Positions 28,087-38,477 of a stretch of DNA of 64,000 bases are shown one piece after another. Numbering within the stretch: the first letter of the stretch is position 1; the number at the start of each line of letters is the position of its first letter. The stretch is taken from the NCBI GenBank assembly GCA_045576315.1, contig JAZNGE010000003.1, positions 92,070-156,069 on the forward strand, written 5' to 3'. The notes beneath the pieces are model-generated. The model was given only the letters and a program-made list of their open reading frames with translations, was not told the DNA's origin and ran no database searches. The stretch is from Eubacteriales bacterium. GTDB lineage: Bacteria > Bacillota > Clostridia > Oscillospirales > CAG-272. The translations under genes were made by a program, and so were the position numbers.

Positions 28087-29529
28087 TTAATATGCCTTGC
28101 CCCAGTAAACGAGCTTCTTTGCCGCTCTGCCGCAGCATACGCACTTGTCACCGGTAGGCTCCATGCCAAAGGGCATACAACGGGAAGAAACGTCAGCCTC
28201 CTCCTTGAGCTTAAGCTCGCACTCAAGATCGCCGCACCACATAGCCTTGATGTAGCCGGGCTTCTCGTTTGCTATTGCGATAAGCTCCTCGAGCGTATCT
28301 GCCGAGTAGGTGCGCTCCTCTCTGTGCTTGAGCGCCTTGTCGAAGAGCGCCTCTGTGAGTGCCTTGAGTCCTGCCTCAACGCTGGGTACAAGCTCATCAA
28401 GGGAGATAAAGCTCTTCTCTCTGTTGTCGCGGCGTACGATAACGCACTTGTTGTCCGCAATATCGCGAGGACCGATCTCTATACGGAGCGGCACACCCTT
28501 CATCTCATATTCAGAGAACTTCCAGCCGGGCGACTGCTCGGAGTCGTCCACCTTTACGCGCACACCTGCTGCCTTGAGCGCATCAGCGATCTTGCCTGCC
28601 GCCTCAAGCACTCCTTCCTTGTGCTGCTGTACGGGGATTACAACTACCTGTATAGGTGCTACCGCAGGGGGAAGCACAAGACCGGAGTCGTCACCGTGAG
28701 TCATTATGATACCGCCGATAATTCTCGTAGAAACACCCCAAGAGGTCTGATGGCAGTACTTAAGAGTGTTGTCTTTGTCAAGATACTGAATGTTGAACGC
28801 CTTTGCAAATCCGTCACCGAAGTTGTGCGAGGTACCGCCCTGAAGCGCCTTACCGTCGTGCATAAGTGCCTCAACGGTATAAGTAGCGAGCGCACCCGCA
28901 AACTTCTCCTTGTCGGTCTTCTGACCTCTGATAACGGGCATTCCGAGATCCTTCTCGAAGAAGTCCGCATATACGTTCAGCATCTGTACGGTTCTTGCCT
29001 CTGCCTCTTCAGCGGTTCTGTGCATGGTGTGACCCTCTTGCCAGAGGAACCCACGCGAGCGGAGGAAGGGACGGGTGGTCTTCTCCCAACGAACGACCGA
29101 GCACCACTGGTTGTAGTTCTTCGGCAGATCGCGGTAGGACTTGATTATGTTAGCGTAATGCTCGCAGAAAAGAGTCTCGGAGGTGGGGCGTACGCAAAGA
29201 CGCTCGGTAAGTCTCTCGCTACCACCGTGAGTAACCCACGCAACCTCGGGTGCAAAGCCCTCAACATGATCCTTCTCCTTGTTGAGCAGGGATTCGGGAA
29301 TGAACATAGGCATATATACGTTCTCAACGCCTGTCTCCTTGAATCTCGCGTCAAGAATTTTCTGTATGTTCTCCCAAATAGCGTAGCCGTAAGGGCGGAT
29401 TATCATGCAGCCCTTTACGCTGGAATAGTCGATAAGATCGGCTTTTTTAACAATGTCGGTATACCATTTTGCAAAATCCTCGTCCATAGAGGTTATCTGT
29501 TCGACGAGCTTTTTTCCGTTGTCAGCCAT
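28087..29529 (-). CDS. proS: Proline--tRNA ligase (archaeal/eukaryote-type)
   Basis: [36 protein letters not shown]-terminal Zn motif and KAY end. Confidence 0.97.
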   Translation of the reverse strand: MADNGKKLVEQITSMDEDFAKWYTDIVKKADLIDYSSVKGCMIIRPYGYAIWENIQKILDARFKETGVENVYMPMFIPESLLNKEKDHVEGFAPEVAWVTHGGSERLTERLCVRPTSETLFCEHYANIIKSYRDLPKNYNQWCSVVRWEKTTRPFLRSRGFLWQEGHTMHRTAEEAEARTVQMLNVYADFFEKDLGMPVIRGQKTDKEKFAGALATYTVEALMHDGKALQGGTSHNFGDGFAKAFNIQYLDKDNTLKYCHQTSWGVSTRIIGGIIMTHGDDSGLVLPPAVAPIQVVVIPVQQHKEGVLEAAGKIADALKAAGVRVKVDDSEQSPGWKFSEYEMKGVPLRIEIGPRDIADNKCVIVRRDNREKSFISLDELVPSVEAGLKALTEALFDKALKHREERTYSADTLEELIAIANEKPGYIKAMWCGDLECELKLKEEADVSSRCMPFGMEPTGDKCVCCGRAAKKLVYWGKAY

Positions 29530-29583
29530 TTTTTAAAGATTCCTTTCAATACCCTTACGGGTAGACATAAAATTACATACTAA

Positions 29584-29612
29584 ATTATATATCAAACATA
29601 GCATTTTGTCAA
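29584..29612 (-). promoter_or_regulatory. Sigma-A promoter for proS
   Basis: Minus strand perfect TTGACA-17bp-TATAAT. Confidence 0.75.
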
Positions 29613-29845
29613 TACCGAGGGATAAAATATATAATATAATAAGAAGTGATTGAACAAAATGCAGTATCTCTGTCCAAAACCTTGTCGTATTTTTTGTACA
29701 AAGTGTAGAAAAGGCGAAAAATACCATTAATTTTGCAAAATCACTTGAAAAAACTTTCAAAATATACTATAATATAAGCGATTGTTGATTAAAAACGCAA
29801 GATTTTGAAATTTCAGAATTCAAAAAGTGCAAAAAAGGAACGAAA

Positions 29846-31117
29846 ATGAAAAAATATTCAGAGCTTTCGAGTGCCGAGAGAGAAGCGCTTCTCGGCGACC
29901 TTTTAATCAAATATAACGAGTACTGCTCGCAGGGGCTTAAGCTTGACCTCTCGCGCGGCAAGCCGAATGCCGAGCAGCTTGACGTCAGCCAAGAGCTTCT
30001 GGCGTACCCCATCACCGCAGAGGACACTATCGGCCTCGGCGGCGTCGATTGCCGCAACTACGGTATCCTCGACGGTATCCCCGAAATGAAGCACCTCTTT
30101 GCCGAAATGCTCGAGGTTCCCGACGAGTATATTTTCGTCGGCGGCAACTCCTCGTTGCAGCTCATGTACGATACCCTCGCTCGCGCAATGCTCTTCGGCT
30201 TCAAGGATTCCGAGCGCCCCTGGTGTCGTGAAACAGGCCTTAAATGGATCTGCATCACCCCCGGCTACGACCGCCACTTCAACATCACCGACAAGCTCGG
30301 CTTTGAGCTTCTCTCTGTAAATATGACCCCCGACGGACCCGATATGGACGAGGTCGAGCGTCTTGTAAAAGACCCCAAGGTCAAGGGCATCTGGTGCGTT
30401 CCCAAGTATTCTAACCCCACCGGTAACACCTATTCCGACGAAACGGTGCGCCGCCTCGCGAAAATGGAGTGCGCAGCCCCCGATTTCAAAATTATGTGGG
30501 ATAACGCATACGTAGTACACGACCTTACCGAAAAGAGCGACCCTCTTCTCAACATCTTCACCGAGGCAGAGAAGTGGGGCAACTCCGACCGCATAATCGC
30601 GTTCACCTCTACCTCAAAGATCACCTTCCCCGGTGCAGGCGTTGCCGCAATGGCAGCCACCCCCGCAAACCTCAAACAGATGCTTCTGTACATCGGCGCG
30701 CAGACGATCGGATATGACAAGATCAATCAGATCCGCCACGCCAAGTACCTCAAAAACAGCGAGAACGTCCATAAGCACATGATGCAGCTTGCCGCCCTCG
30801 TTGGTCGCAAATTTGATATAACGTTATCGGCTCTTCGTGACCTTGAAGGGCTTGGAATTGCCGAATGGACTAAACCGAACGGCGGCTATTTCGTATCTCT
30901 CGACGTCACCACCGGCTCTGCCAAGCGCGTCTTTGAGCTTATGAAAAACGCGGGAGTAACCCTCACCGCCGTTGGCGCAACCTTCCCCCACGGCATCGAC
31001 CCGAGCGACCGCAATCTCCGTCTCGCTCCCACCTATCCGAGCGATAGCGAGCTTCGCCTCGCCTGCGAGATCCTCACCCTCTCGGTGAAGATCGCCGCGC
31101 TTGAAGCACTTGCATAA
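29846..31117 (+). CDS. PLP-dependent aminotransferase (class I/II, aspartate aminotransferase-like)
   Basis: LDLSRGKP, PGYDRHF, VPKYSNPTG, WDNAY, STSKITF (PLP lysine), RLAPT. Confidence 0.9.
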   Translation: MKKYSELSSAEREALLGDLLIKYNEYCSQGLKLDLSRGKPNAEQLDVSQELLAYPITAEDTIGLGGVDCRNYGILDGIPEMKHLFAEMLEVPDEYIFVGGNSSLQLMYDTLARAMLFGFKDSERPWCRETGLKWICITPGYDRHFNITDKLGFELLSVNMTPDGPDMDEVERLVKDPKVKGIWCVPKYSNPTGNTYSDETVRRLAKMECAAPDFKIMWDNAYVVHDLTEKSDPLLNIFTEAEKWGNSDRIIAFTSTSKITFPGAGVAAMAATPANLKQMLLYIGAQTIGYDKINQIRHAKYLKNSENVHKHMMQLAALVGRKFDITLSALRDLEGLGIAEWTKPNGGYFVSLDVTTGSAKRVFELMKNAGVTLTAVGATFPHGIDPSDRNLRLAPTYPSDSELRLACEILTLSVKIAALEALA

Positions 31118-31239
31118 AAGCCTTCTCCAGCGGGAGAAGGTGGCAGCCATAGGCTGACGGATGAGGTGTGATCAGTAGTAAGTTGAACTAACTCCTCATC
31201 CACCATAAATGGTCCCCCTTCTCCTGCAGGAGAAGGCTT
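31118..31239. repeat. Inverted pair of CCTTCTCC/GGAGAAGG REP-like elements
   Basis: AAGCCTTCTCCAGCGGGAGAAGG...GGATGAGGTG followed by the reverse copy CTCCTCATCC...CCTTCTCCTGCAGGAGAAGGCTT. Confidence 0.85.
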
Positions 31240-31247
31240 AAAATAAC

Positions 31248-31286
31248 AAAAAAACGACTGCTCCCAAAAGAGCAGTCGCTTTTTTA
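31248..31286. terminator. Bidirectional terminator
   Basis: AAAAAACGACTGCTC-CCAAAA-GAGCAGTCGCTTTTTT. Confidence 0.75.
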
Positions 31287-31297
31287 TACTATTCTAA

Positions 31298-33103
31298 TTA
31301 ATTCTTTTTGAAAAGAGGTCCGTAAGCCGCGCAAGCACGGTAGTCCTGACCTTCCTTGTCAGCGCCGAATGCGTTCCAAACAGCAGGACGGAAAATATCC
31401 TTGTCCGCAACGTTGTGCATGCAAACGGGAATGCGAAGCATCGAGCAAAGGGTGATAAGGTCAGCGCCGATGTGACCGTAGCTGATCGCGCCGTGGTTTG
31501 CGCCCCAGTTGTTCATAACGCTGTACGCATTCTCGAAGGGAGAGCCCTCCTTGCCGTCACATCTGGGAGCAAACCAGGTGCAAGGCCAGGTGTAGTCGGT
31601 GCGCTTCCAAAGAGTGTCGGTAACCTCGTCGGGAAGATCGACCGTCCAGCCCTCAGCGATCTGAAGCACAGGGCCAAGACCCTTAACGAGATTGAGTCTG
31701 ATCATAGTGCAGGGCACCTCTGCCTTGGTGATAAAGCGAGAGGAGAATCCGCCGCCTCTGAAATATCCGTTGTCCGCAGGTGCCCACTCAACGTTCTTCA
31801 TGATCTCGTCGGCGTCCTTTTCGGTAACGTCAAACCACTTCTTGATCTCGGGCTCGCCGTTTTCGTTGATAGCGCGGCAGTTAGCGTCAAGACAAGCCGC
31901 GCCCGAGTTGATAAGGTGGATAAATCCGCCCGCCTCGGCAGCCTTGCCCTCGGTCTTGTAGCCGGTAACTCTCTCTACCGCCTCGCTCGACCAGTATGTA
32001 CGTATGTCAGCAAATATCTGCGCACGGTTGGTAAGCAGCTTCATAAGAAGCATACCGATGCCGTTAAGCACGTCGTTCTCGGTTGCAAGAATGTAAGGCT
32101 CTCTTGTGCCGTTCCAGTCAAATGAGGAGTTAAGCACAGCCTCTGCAAAGTCGCCGTTGGGGTAGAAGTCAGTCCACTGTCTCTGACCTTGGAAGCCAGC
32201 AGCAAGCGCGTTGTGACCAACCATCTCCTCTTCGCAGCCCTTGGGCAGATTCTTGTTGCCGTTCATAAGGTCCTTGATTATGATCGCGGTCTTAACGCAG
32301 AATTCAAGCTCCTCGGCCTTCTGCTCGTCGGTGTGACGGATAAATTCGGGGTTCTTGTCGAAGCATATAGTGCATTTTTCCTTTGCCCAAGCCATAGCCT
32401 TCTCGAACTCAGCCTGATCGTAAATGCCGTTTTCCATACGGCGAATGATCTCAACCTCGTCAACCGACTCAACTCTCATTCCGAGATAGTCCTCGATAAA
32501 GTCGGAGCTGATGATAGATCCTGCAATGCCCATGCAGATAGATCCGATCTGAAGATAAGACTTGCCTCTCATCGATGCCGCCGCAATAGCCGCACGGCCG
32601 AAGCGGAGCAGCTTTTCCTCAACGTCCTTCGGAATTGAGGTGTCGTCCATGTCCTGAACCTCGTGACCGTAAATGCCAAACGCGGGCAGACCCTTCTGCG
32701 CATGACCTGCAAGCACCGCTGCAAGATAAACCGCACCGGGACGCTCCGTGCCGTTAAAGCCCCATACACCCTTGATAGTGAGGGGATCCATGTCCATAGT
32801 TTCAGAGCCGTAGCACCAGCAGGGAGTAACGGTAAGGGTGATGTCAACGCCCTCGCGGCGGAACTTCTCCGCACACGCTGCCGCCTCTGCAACACGGCCG
32901 ATAGTGGTGTCGGCGATAACGACCTTAACAGGCTCGCCGTTAGAATACTTAAGATTGTCGGTAAAGAGCTTTGCCGCGCTCTTCGCCATGTTCATAGTCT
33001 GATCCTCGAGCGACTCGCGTACTCCAAGCGCACCGCGGCGACCGTCGATCGTGGGGCGTATGCCGATAACGGGATACTCTCCGATAAGTCTTGATTTTGC
33101 CAT
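31298..33103 (-). CDS. fucI: L-fucose isomerase
   Basis: [50 protein letters not shown]. Confidence 0.96.
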   Translation of the reverse strand: MAKSRLIGEYPVIGIRPTIDGRRGALGVRESLEDQTMNMAKSAAKLFTDNLKYSNGEPVKVVIADTTIGRVAEAAACAEKFRREGVDITLTVTPCWCYGSETMDMDPLTIKGVWGFNGTERPGAVYLAAVLAGHAQKGLPAFGIYGHEVQDMDDTSIPKDVEEKLLRFGRAAIAAASMRGKSYLQIGSICMGIAGSIISSDFIEDYLGMRVESVDEVEIIRRMENGIYDQAEFEKAMAWAKEKCTICFDKNPEFIRHTDEQKAEELEFCVKTAIIIKDLMNGNKNLPKGCEEEMVGHNALAAGFQGQRQWTDFYPNGDFAEAVLNSSFDWNGTREPYILATENDVLNGIGMLLMKLLTNRAQIFADIRTYWSSEAVERVTGYKTEGKAAEAGGFIHLINSGAACLDANCRAINENGEPEIKKWFDVTEKDADEIMKNVEWAPADNGYFRGGGFSSRFITKAEVPCTMIRLNLVKGLGPVLQIAEGWTVDLPDEVTDTLWKRTDYTWPCTWFAPRCDGKEGSPFENAYSVMNNWGANHGAISYGHIGADLITLCSMLRIPVCMHNVADKDIFRPAVWNAFGADKEGQDYRACAAYGPLFKKN

Positions 33104-33253
33104 AGAATTTATCCTCCAAGCATAAAAGTAAATATTTCTCTATCCTATTATAAAATTTTATCCCTATATTTTCAAGTAGTAATAATCTACAAAAATATTA
33201 TCCAACTTACACAATAGGGAAGCGCACAGCTTTTCCGCGCCTTTTTCTGTGTA

Positions 33254-33518
33254 GTAGGGGCGCGTGGATGCAAGCATCTGCACGAATCGCCCGCTACGGA
33301 TAACGCGGCTCGCGGCGCTTTGATTTCAGCCATCTTGTAGGGGCGATTCACGAATCGCCCGAGCCCCTACGGTTCTCGGCCTTCTCCAGTGGGAGAAGGG
33401 GGACCGCTTGCGGTGGATGAGGTGTCAACGTCGCCCCTACGGTCAGTGCCTTATGCGTACCCTGATTTCACCTATCTTGTAGGGGCGCGTGGATGCAAGC
33501 ATCTGCACGAATCGCCCG
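33254..33518. repeat. Mosaic cluster of REP-like elements (three GTAG-type, one CCTTCTCC-type)
   Basis: Long GTAG form at 33254 and 33479, short form at 33337, CCTTCTCC element at 33379-33424; near-duplicated flank TGATTTCA..(C/T)ATCTT before two of the copies. Confidence 0.85.
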
Positions 33519-33780
33519 TCCGCACCGCGTAAGCCTTTTTTCATTGTCCTCATTTTTTACATACGTGTGCAAATTTTGTGTAAAAGTATCGATTTTTTGT
33601 GACCAAAAATCGCAATAAACGCGACCAAATGCACGCAATTTGTTGACCTGTCAATTTCATTTTCTCTATAAAAAGTCAGAAAAATGCACAAAAAATAGTC
33701 AAAATATGACGGCAGAAAGGACGAAATTTGTAATTGTTAACAAAATATTTCAGAAATCATTAAAATTTACTAAATATCCG

Positions 33781-33809
33781 TTGACATTTGTTCATTTTGA
33801 GTTTATAAT
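33781..33809 (+). promoter_or_regulatory. Sigma-A promoter
   Basis: Perfect TTGACA-17bp-TATAAT. Confidence 0.75.
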
Positions 33810-33910
33810 AAATCCATCAAAATGGGTGAGTATTTTAATACGCATACGTAGGTGTGCTCCCATTATAAAAGATAATTAAAAAAGGAAATATACATAAAGG
33901 AGAAAAAACT

Positions 33911-34708
33911 ATGACTGACCAGTTATTGCAATACGTGATCATCATTTTCATGCTTTTCCTTTGCGTGCTTTGTCTTTTCGCAGTTCTCGTCATCGCTCGT
34001 GACGTTGTACTTGAAACCATAAGCCGCCGTAGAAGCAAGGATGAGAAGGATGAGGCTACAAAGCCGGCTGAAGCAGCCGCCCCCGTCGTTATCGTCAAGG
34101 AGGTTGCCGCACCTGCTCCCGTAGTTGAGGAGATCAAGGAGCCCGAACCCGTTGAAGAGCCTGTGATCGAGCCTGAAAAGGAGATCGAACCCGAGGCAGA
34201 AACCGAGGAGGAAGACGAAAACGCGGTTAAATTCTCCACCACACATAAGCTCACTATGGAAGAGAAGTACGCAACCCTCTCCTCCGAGTACAAGAGCTAC
34301 TTTGACTCTATCATCAAGCACGCACTTTCTAAAGAAGGTGTTAAGGAGAACAAGAACACCGGTTACTACGATTACAAGATCGGCTCTGCTCGCCTTGTAA
34401 GAGTAGCTATCAAGCGTAACGAGATCGTCTGCGAGTTTATTTTTATCGACCAGGATTTCAAGAACTACGCTGAAAACGGTAACGTAAAGATGAAGCCCTC
34501 CGCTACCAAGATCAGAGTTACCGAGGCATCTGCCGTTGGCGTTGCCAAGGACGGTATCGACCTTGTCTGCCAGCAGATCGCAGAGGAGAAGGAGCGCAAG
34601 AAGGCTCTCGCAAGAGAGAAGCGCAACGAGCGCCGCAGAGAGCAGCGCCAGAAGGAAAAGGAAGAAAACACCGAGGCTGAAACAGCTAAGGAAGAAGCGA
34701 TGGTTTAA
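33911..34708 (+). CDS. Membrane-anchored protein: N-terminal TM, Pro/Glu-rich linker, alpha/beta domain, charged tail
   Basis: RBS AAAGGAG; hydrophobic N-terminus; EPEPVEEP linker; first gene of the SipW locus. Confidence 0.75.
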   Translation: MTDQLLQYVIIIFMLFLCVLCLFAVLVIARDVVLETISRRRSKDEKDEATKPAEAAAPVVIVKEVAAPAPVVEEIKEPEPVEEPVIEPEKEIEPEAETEEEDENAVKFSTTHKLTMEEKYATLSSEYKSYFDSIIKHALSKEGVKENKNTGYYDYKIGSARLVRVAIKRNEIVCEFIFIDQDFKNYAENGNVKMKPSATKIRVTEASAVGVAKDGIDLVCQQIAEEKERKKALAREKRNERRREQRQKEKEENTEAETAKEEAMV

Positions 34709-34714
34709 TTTCCC

Positions 34715-35362
34715 ATGACTGATAAGAAACAAAAGGTGTTAAACATAGTAGGTATAGCCCTCTGTGTTATACTTATTCCTATTTTAATAATGAACTGTGT
34801 CCTTATAGTCAAGGGTCTTGTAAATGAGAAAGAGGTGCCCGGTCTCTTCGGTCGTACCCCCCTCATCGTACTTACCGACTCAATGTACCCCGAGATAAAG
34901 TCGGGTGACATCATTATTTGTAAGGACATATCCCCCGAGGACGTAAAAGTTGGCGACGTTATCTCGTTTTTTGATCCCGAGGATAAAAATGGCGTTGCTG
35001 TCGTAACGCACCGTGTTATAGAGATTATAACCGACGACGATGGCAAACTCTATTTCCGTACCAAGGGTGATAACAACAACGCAAATGATAAGGCATCAGT
35101 ACCTGCCGAGAACCTTGTAGGTCTTTGGACCGAAACCCGTTTCGCAGGTCTTGGTCACGTTGCCCTCTTTATGCAGTCCACCTGGGGACTTGTCGTCTGC
35201 ATCTTCCTCCCCCTCGCCCTCTTCGTAGGCTACGAGGTATTCAGAAGAAGAAAGCAGGATACCAAGCAGCAGTCCGATATGGATGCCCTTATGGCAGAGC
35301 TTGCCGCCCTTAAAGCGCAGCAGGCAGAGCAGCAAAATAAGGACAACAACGATACCCAATAA
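34715..35362 (+). CDS. sipW: Signal peptidase I, SipW/ER-type
   Basis: VLTDSMYP (Ser), VGDVISF, VTHRV (His), TKGDNN..D; N- and C-terminal TM helices. Confidence 0.9.
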   Translation: MTDKKQKVLNIVGIALCVILIPILIMNCVLIVKGLVNEKEVPGLFGRTPLIVLTDSMYPEIKSGDIIICKDISPEDVKVGDVISFFDPEDKNGVAVVTHRVIEIITDDDGKLYFRTKGDNNNANDKASVPAENLVGLWTETRFAGLGHVALFMQSTWGLVVCIFLPLALFVGYEVFRRRKQDTKQQSDMDALMAELAALKAQQAEQQNKDNNDTQ

Positions 35363-35391
35363 TAATGCGCCATCGGCGCATTTCAAGACCT

Positions 35392-35977
35392 GTAGGGACA
35401 GGCGTCCTCGACTGTCCACGCCCGTAGGGCATATCGCGCGCTTTAGCGCATATCACGAGGCGAACGCCTCATATCGCGTTAAGCCTTCTCCACTGGGAGA
35501 AGGGTAGCAAAGCGGCGTTTCGGTAGTGAATTGCATCAGTGATGCAAGGGCCGAAACGTGACCGAACCGCAGTGAGAACCGCTTGCGGTGGATGAGGTGT
35601 GAAAAGCTATCACAAAGAACTCCTCATCCGTCACTCGCTACACTCGTGCCACCTTCTCCCGCAGGAGAAGGCAAATAAAAGTTTATTTTAATACCTTGGA
35701 AGTCACGGATTCTTAAGCCTTCTCCAGCTGGAGAAGGGTAGCAAAGCGGCGTTTCGGTAGTGAATTGCATCAGTGATGCAAGGGCCGAAACGTGACCGAA
35801 CCGCAGTGAGAACCGCTTGCGGTGGATGAGGTGACAAAGAAACACTTAAGTTTATTTTAATACCTTGGAAGTCACGGATTCTTAAGCCTTCTCCAGTGGG
35901 AGAAGGGGGACCGCTTGCGGTGGATGAGGTGACAAAGAAACACTTAAGTTTATTTTAATACCTTGGAAGTCACGGAT
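35392..35977. repeat. ~590-bp composite repeat array (GTAG REP, hairpin-ATATCRC triplet, four CCTTCTCC elements, three copies of a 32-bp flank)
   Basis: Two near-identical ~120-bp elements (35479-35599, 35713-35833), an inverted copy at 35619-35672, a short copy at 35882-35931; AAGTTTATTTTAATACCTTGGAAGTCACGGAT at 35679, 35848 and 35946. Confidence 0.9.
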
Positions 35978-36078
35978 CCAAGGCCTAAAATATTTATTCG
36001 CGGCGCATATGCGCCACACAAACAAAAATCGTTTTTAATTATTGCCCGCAAGGGCAAGGTAAAAAGGAGAAAATTAAA

Positions 36079-36753
36079 ATGAAAAACAAGTTTATGAGAA
36101 TAGCAGCAGTTATGCTTATGCTCTGCCTCGTTACTACTTGCGCTATCAGCGGTACTTTCGCTAAGTACACCACTGAGGGCACTGCTACCGACACCGCACG
36201 TGTTGCAAAGTGGGGTATCACCGTTTCCGCTCCTACTGATCCTGCAGCAAGCGCTGATTTCAAAACCGCGTATGCATCTGAAACCGTTGGTTTCACTGCT
36301 AACACCGTAGTTTCCAGCGATACTGACAACATTATTGCTCCCGGCACCAAGGGTACTTTTGCAACTCCCGTTCTCTCTGGTGAAGCAGAGGTTGCTGTTG
36401 AAGTTATCGTAACTGCAGAAATTGTCATTGACGGTTGGTCCGTAACCAGTGGCGAGTATTTCCCCATCGTATTTACCGTTGGTACCGAAACCTATGGTAC
36501 CAATATTACTGCTGCGAGCAACAAGTTCGCTACTGCTGCAGAGGTTATCAGTGCAGTTCAGACAGCAGTTACTAAGACCACTAACTACGAAGCAAATACA
36601 GATGCTACTACTTTCGAGGTTCCTGTAGTTGAGTGGGAGTGGGCATTTGAGGTTGATAATGCCATGGATACCGAACTCGGTACCGCTGCAGATGATGGCC
36701 ATGCAGCTACCATCGAGTACACCATTACTGTTACCATCAACCAGATCAACTAA
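36079..36753 (+). CDS. SipW-dependent secreted protein, TasA/camelysin-like putative fibre subunit
   Basis: Signal peptide ending ISGTFAKY (SipW-class); ARVAKW, IAPGT, WEWAFE.....DT.LG; lies between two sipW genes. Confidence 0.75.
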   Translation: MKNKFMRIAAVMLMLCLVTTCAISGTFAKYTTEGTATDTARVAKWGITVSAPTDPAASADFKTAYASETVGFTANTVVSSDTDNIIAPGTKGTFATPVLSGEAEVAVEVIVTAEIVIDGWSVTSGEYFPIVFTVGTETYGTNITAASNKFATAAEVISAVQTAVTKTTNYEANTDATTFEVPVVEWEWAFEVDNAMDTELGTAADDGHAATIEYTITVTINQIN

Positions 36754-36793
36754 TTCCTAGCAAACTTTAAACCCAACTAATTAACCTATTTCT

Positions 36794-36824
36794 CCTACCC
36801 CTCTTCCGTGGCAAGAGGGGTAGG
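36794..36824 (+). promoter_or_regulatory. Stem-loop downstream of the putative major subunit gene
   Basis: CCTACCCCTCTT...AAGAGGGGTAGG 12-bp perfect stem with no U-tract. Confidence 0.55.
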
Positions 36825-36930
36825 GAATAACAAAAAAACTCTCTCCCTTTTTAAAGCGTCCGACACCGTCAGGCATTTTAAAAAGCGAAAGAGTGATCTT
36901 TCCCAAACTAACAAAAGGAGGTGTCCGACT

Positions 36931-37788
36931 ATGGAAGAAAATAAAAGCTCCGTTGCGCACGGCTCGGGTCGTAAGTCTGCCGTTTGGCTTATGCTTATGG
37001 TCAACGTCGTGTTTATACTGCTTCTTATGACACTTGCTATTACCGCCTTTCGCGTAGGTAACTACCTGCCCGAAGGAATTGATATTCTTTTCATAGTAGG
37101 AAAAGAGCCTAATATGGACACCACCGACGGCAACGGCAACGTATGGCAGTCCAACGAAAAGATACCCCTTTTCTCCTCCGAGTACGTAAACGGTGAAAAC
37201 AGGGTTACCATCGCTTCACAAAACGGCGATAAGGTCATCGCCCCCGGCTTTGAAAGCTCCTACGAATTCGCCCTCTATAACAACGGTAATATGGCGGTCG
37301 TTCACGAGACCGACCTCGACTTCAAGCTTAAGGTCGCAAACTCCGAGCTTGAAAATTACACCTTCCCCCTCAAAGTCAGACTCTATGACACCGAGGGCAA
37401 TTACATCATCGGCTCAAAGACCGAGTGGATACCCGTTGAGGATGCTTCGATAGCATTCCACCCCGGCACTCTCGGTGCAACCTCGTATAAAAAATACACC
37501 CTCGAGCTCAAATGGGAGTTCGAAGGCGGACAAGATGAGCTTGACACCCTCTACGGCAACGAAGCAGGCGATGGCGTATGGCTCACCCTCGGCATCAACA
37601 CCTACGCCGAGGAGCATCTCGACCCCACCGCACAGGGCGGTATAAAGGTCGACGTAAATGAAGAAAACGGCAGCCAGGAATACGGCGGCACAGTCCGTTG
37701 GCTTTGGCTCGCACTCCTGTTTATCAACACCGGTGTCCTTATCTTCTACGTAGCATGGCTTATGAGCAAGAGGCAGGGTAAATGGTAA
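36931..37788 (+). CDS. Membrane-anchored paralogue of the TasA-like protein (N- and C-terminal TM helices)
   Basis: Start moved to ATG 36931 after AAGGAGGT; VIAPG and LKWEFEGGQDELDTLYG match the upstream protein. Confidence 0.7.
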   Translation: MEENKSSVAHGSGRKSAVWLMLMVNVVFILLLMTLAITAFRVGNYLPEGIDILFIVGKEPNMDTTDGNGNVWQSNEKIPLFSSEYVNGENRVTIASQNGDKVIAPGFESSYEFALYNNGNMAVVHETDLDFKLKVANSELENYTFPLKVRLYDTEGNYIIGSKTEWIPVEDASIAFHPGTLGATSYKKYTLELKWEFEGGQDELDTLYGNEAGDGVWLTLGINTYAEEHLDPTAQGGIKVDVNEENGSQEYGGTVRWLWLALLFINTGVLIFYVAWLMSKRQGKW

Positions 37789-38477
37789 ACAACAACGCAC
37801 CCATAACCCCTAATCCCAAAAAAGCAAAGATTGACGTAAAGTTCATCTTTCGCGCTATCATCGCTCTCATAATGAGCTTTGTTATCGGTCTTAGCATCTA
37901 TACCGCAAACGCCAAGCTCGTCTTTGGTGACGATATGCCCATGCCCCTCGGCTTCGGCGTAGGCGTAGTCCTCTCCGGCTCAATGGAGCCTGAGCTATCC
38001 GTCGATGACGTCATCATCGTCTATCGCGACGATCAGTACGTAGTCGGCGATACGGTAGTTTTTCAATCCCACGGCATTCTCGTAGTTCATAAAATAATCT
38101 CGATCGACGGCGACTCCGTCACAACCCAGGGCACAGCAAACAACGTCTGCGACGACCCCATAGAAATGGATCAGATAAAGGGCAAGGTCATCGACCACAT
38201 CGATGCCGAGTATAGCAAGCCGTTTCTTGCCGTAGTCGATTTCGTCCGCTCTCCCATCGTCGCCATGCTCATCATCGGCATGTCCGCTGTCCTCCTCTTC
38301 TTCTCCTACAAATCCGACAAAAAAGAAAAAGAGGCAAAATCCACCGCCGACCTCGACCTCATCCGCGCCGAGATCGAAGCGCTCAAAAATAAGCCTTCTC
38401 CAGCGGGAGAAGGGGGACCGCTTGCGGTGGATGAGGTGTCCAACCCAAGCACAGACTCTTCACAAAGCTCTAATTAA
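37782..38477 (+). CDS. sipW: Second SipW-type signal peptidase I with a REP-derived C-terminus
   Basis: VLSGSMEP, VGDTVVF, VVHKI, TQGTANN..D; the tail KPSPAGEGGPLAVDEV is encoded by a repeat element. Confidence 0.85.
   Translation: MVNNNAPITPNPKKAKIDVKFIFRAIIALIMSFVIGLSIYTANAKLVFGDDMPMPLGFGVGVVLSGSMEPELSVDDVIIVYRDDQYVVGDTVVFQSHGILVVHKIISIDGDSVTTQGTANNVCDDPIEMDQIKGKVIDHIDAEYSKPFLAVVDFVRSPIVAMLIIGMSAVLLFFSYKSDKKEKEAKSTADLDLIRAEIEALKNKPSPAGEGGPLAVDEVSNPSTDSSQSSN

Noticed and set aside
29530..29612. T-box leader for proS
   Set aside because: The promoter is only about 55 bp from the start codon and there is no T-box motif or terminator.
35283..35845. Short ORFs 35283-35507 and 35624-35845 (and 38541-38939)
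   Set aside because: They are translations of repeat elements with no RBS or independent coding signal.
35679..35977. Possible CRISPR array (three 32-bp direct repeats)
   Set aside because: Spacers are unequal (about 137 and 66 bp), are themselves repeat elements, and no cas genes are present.
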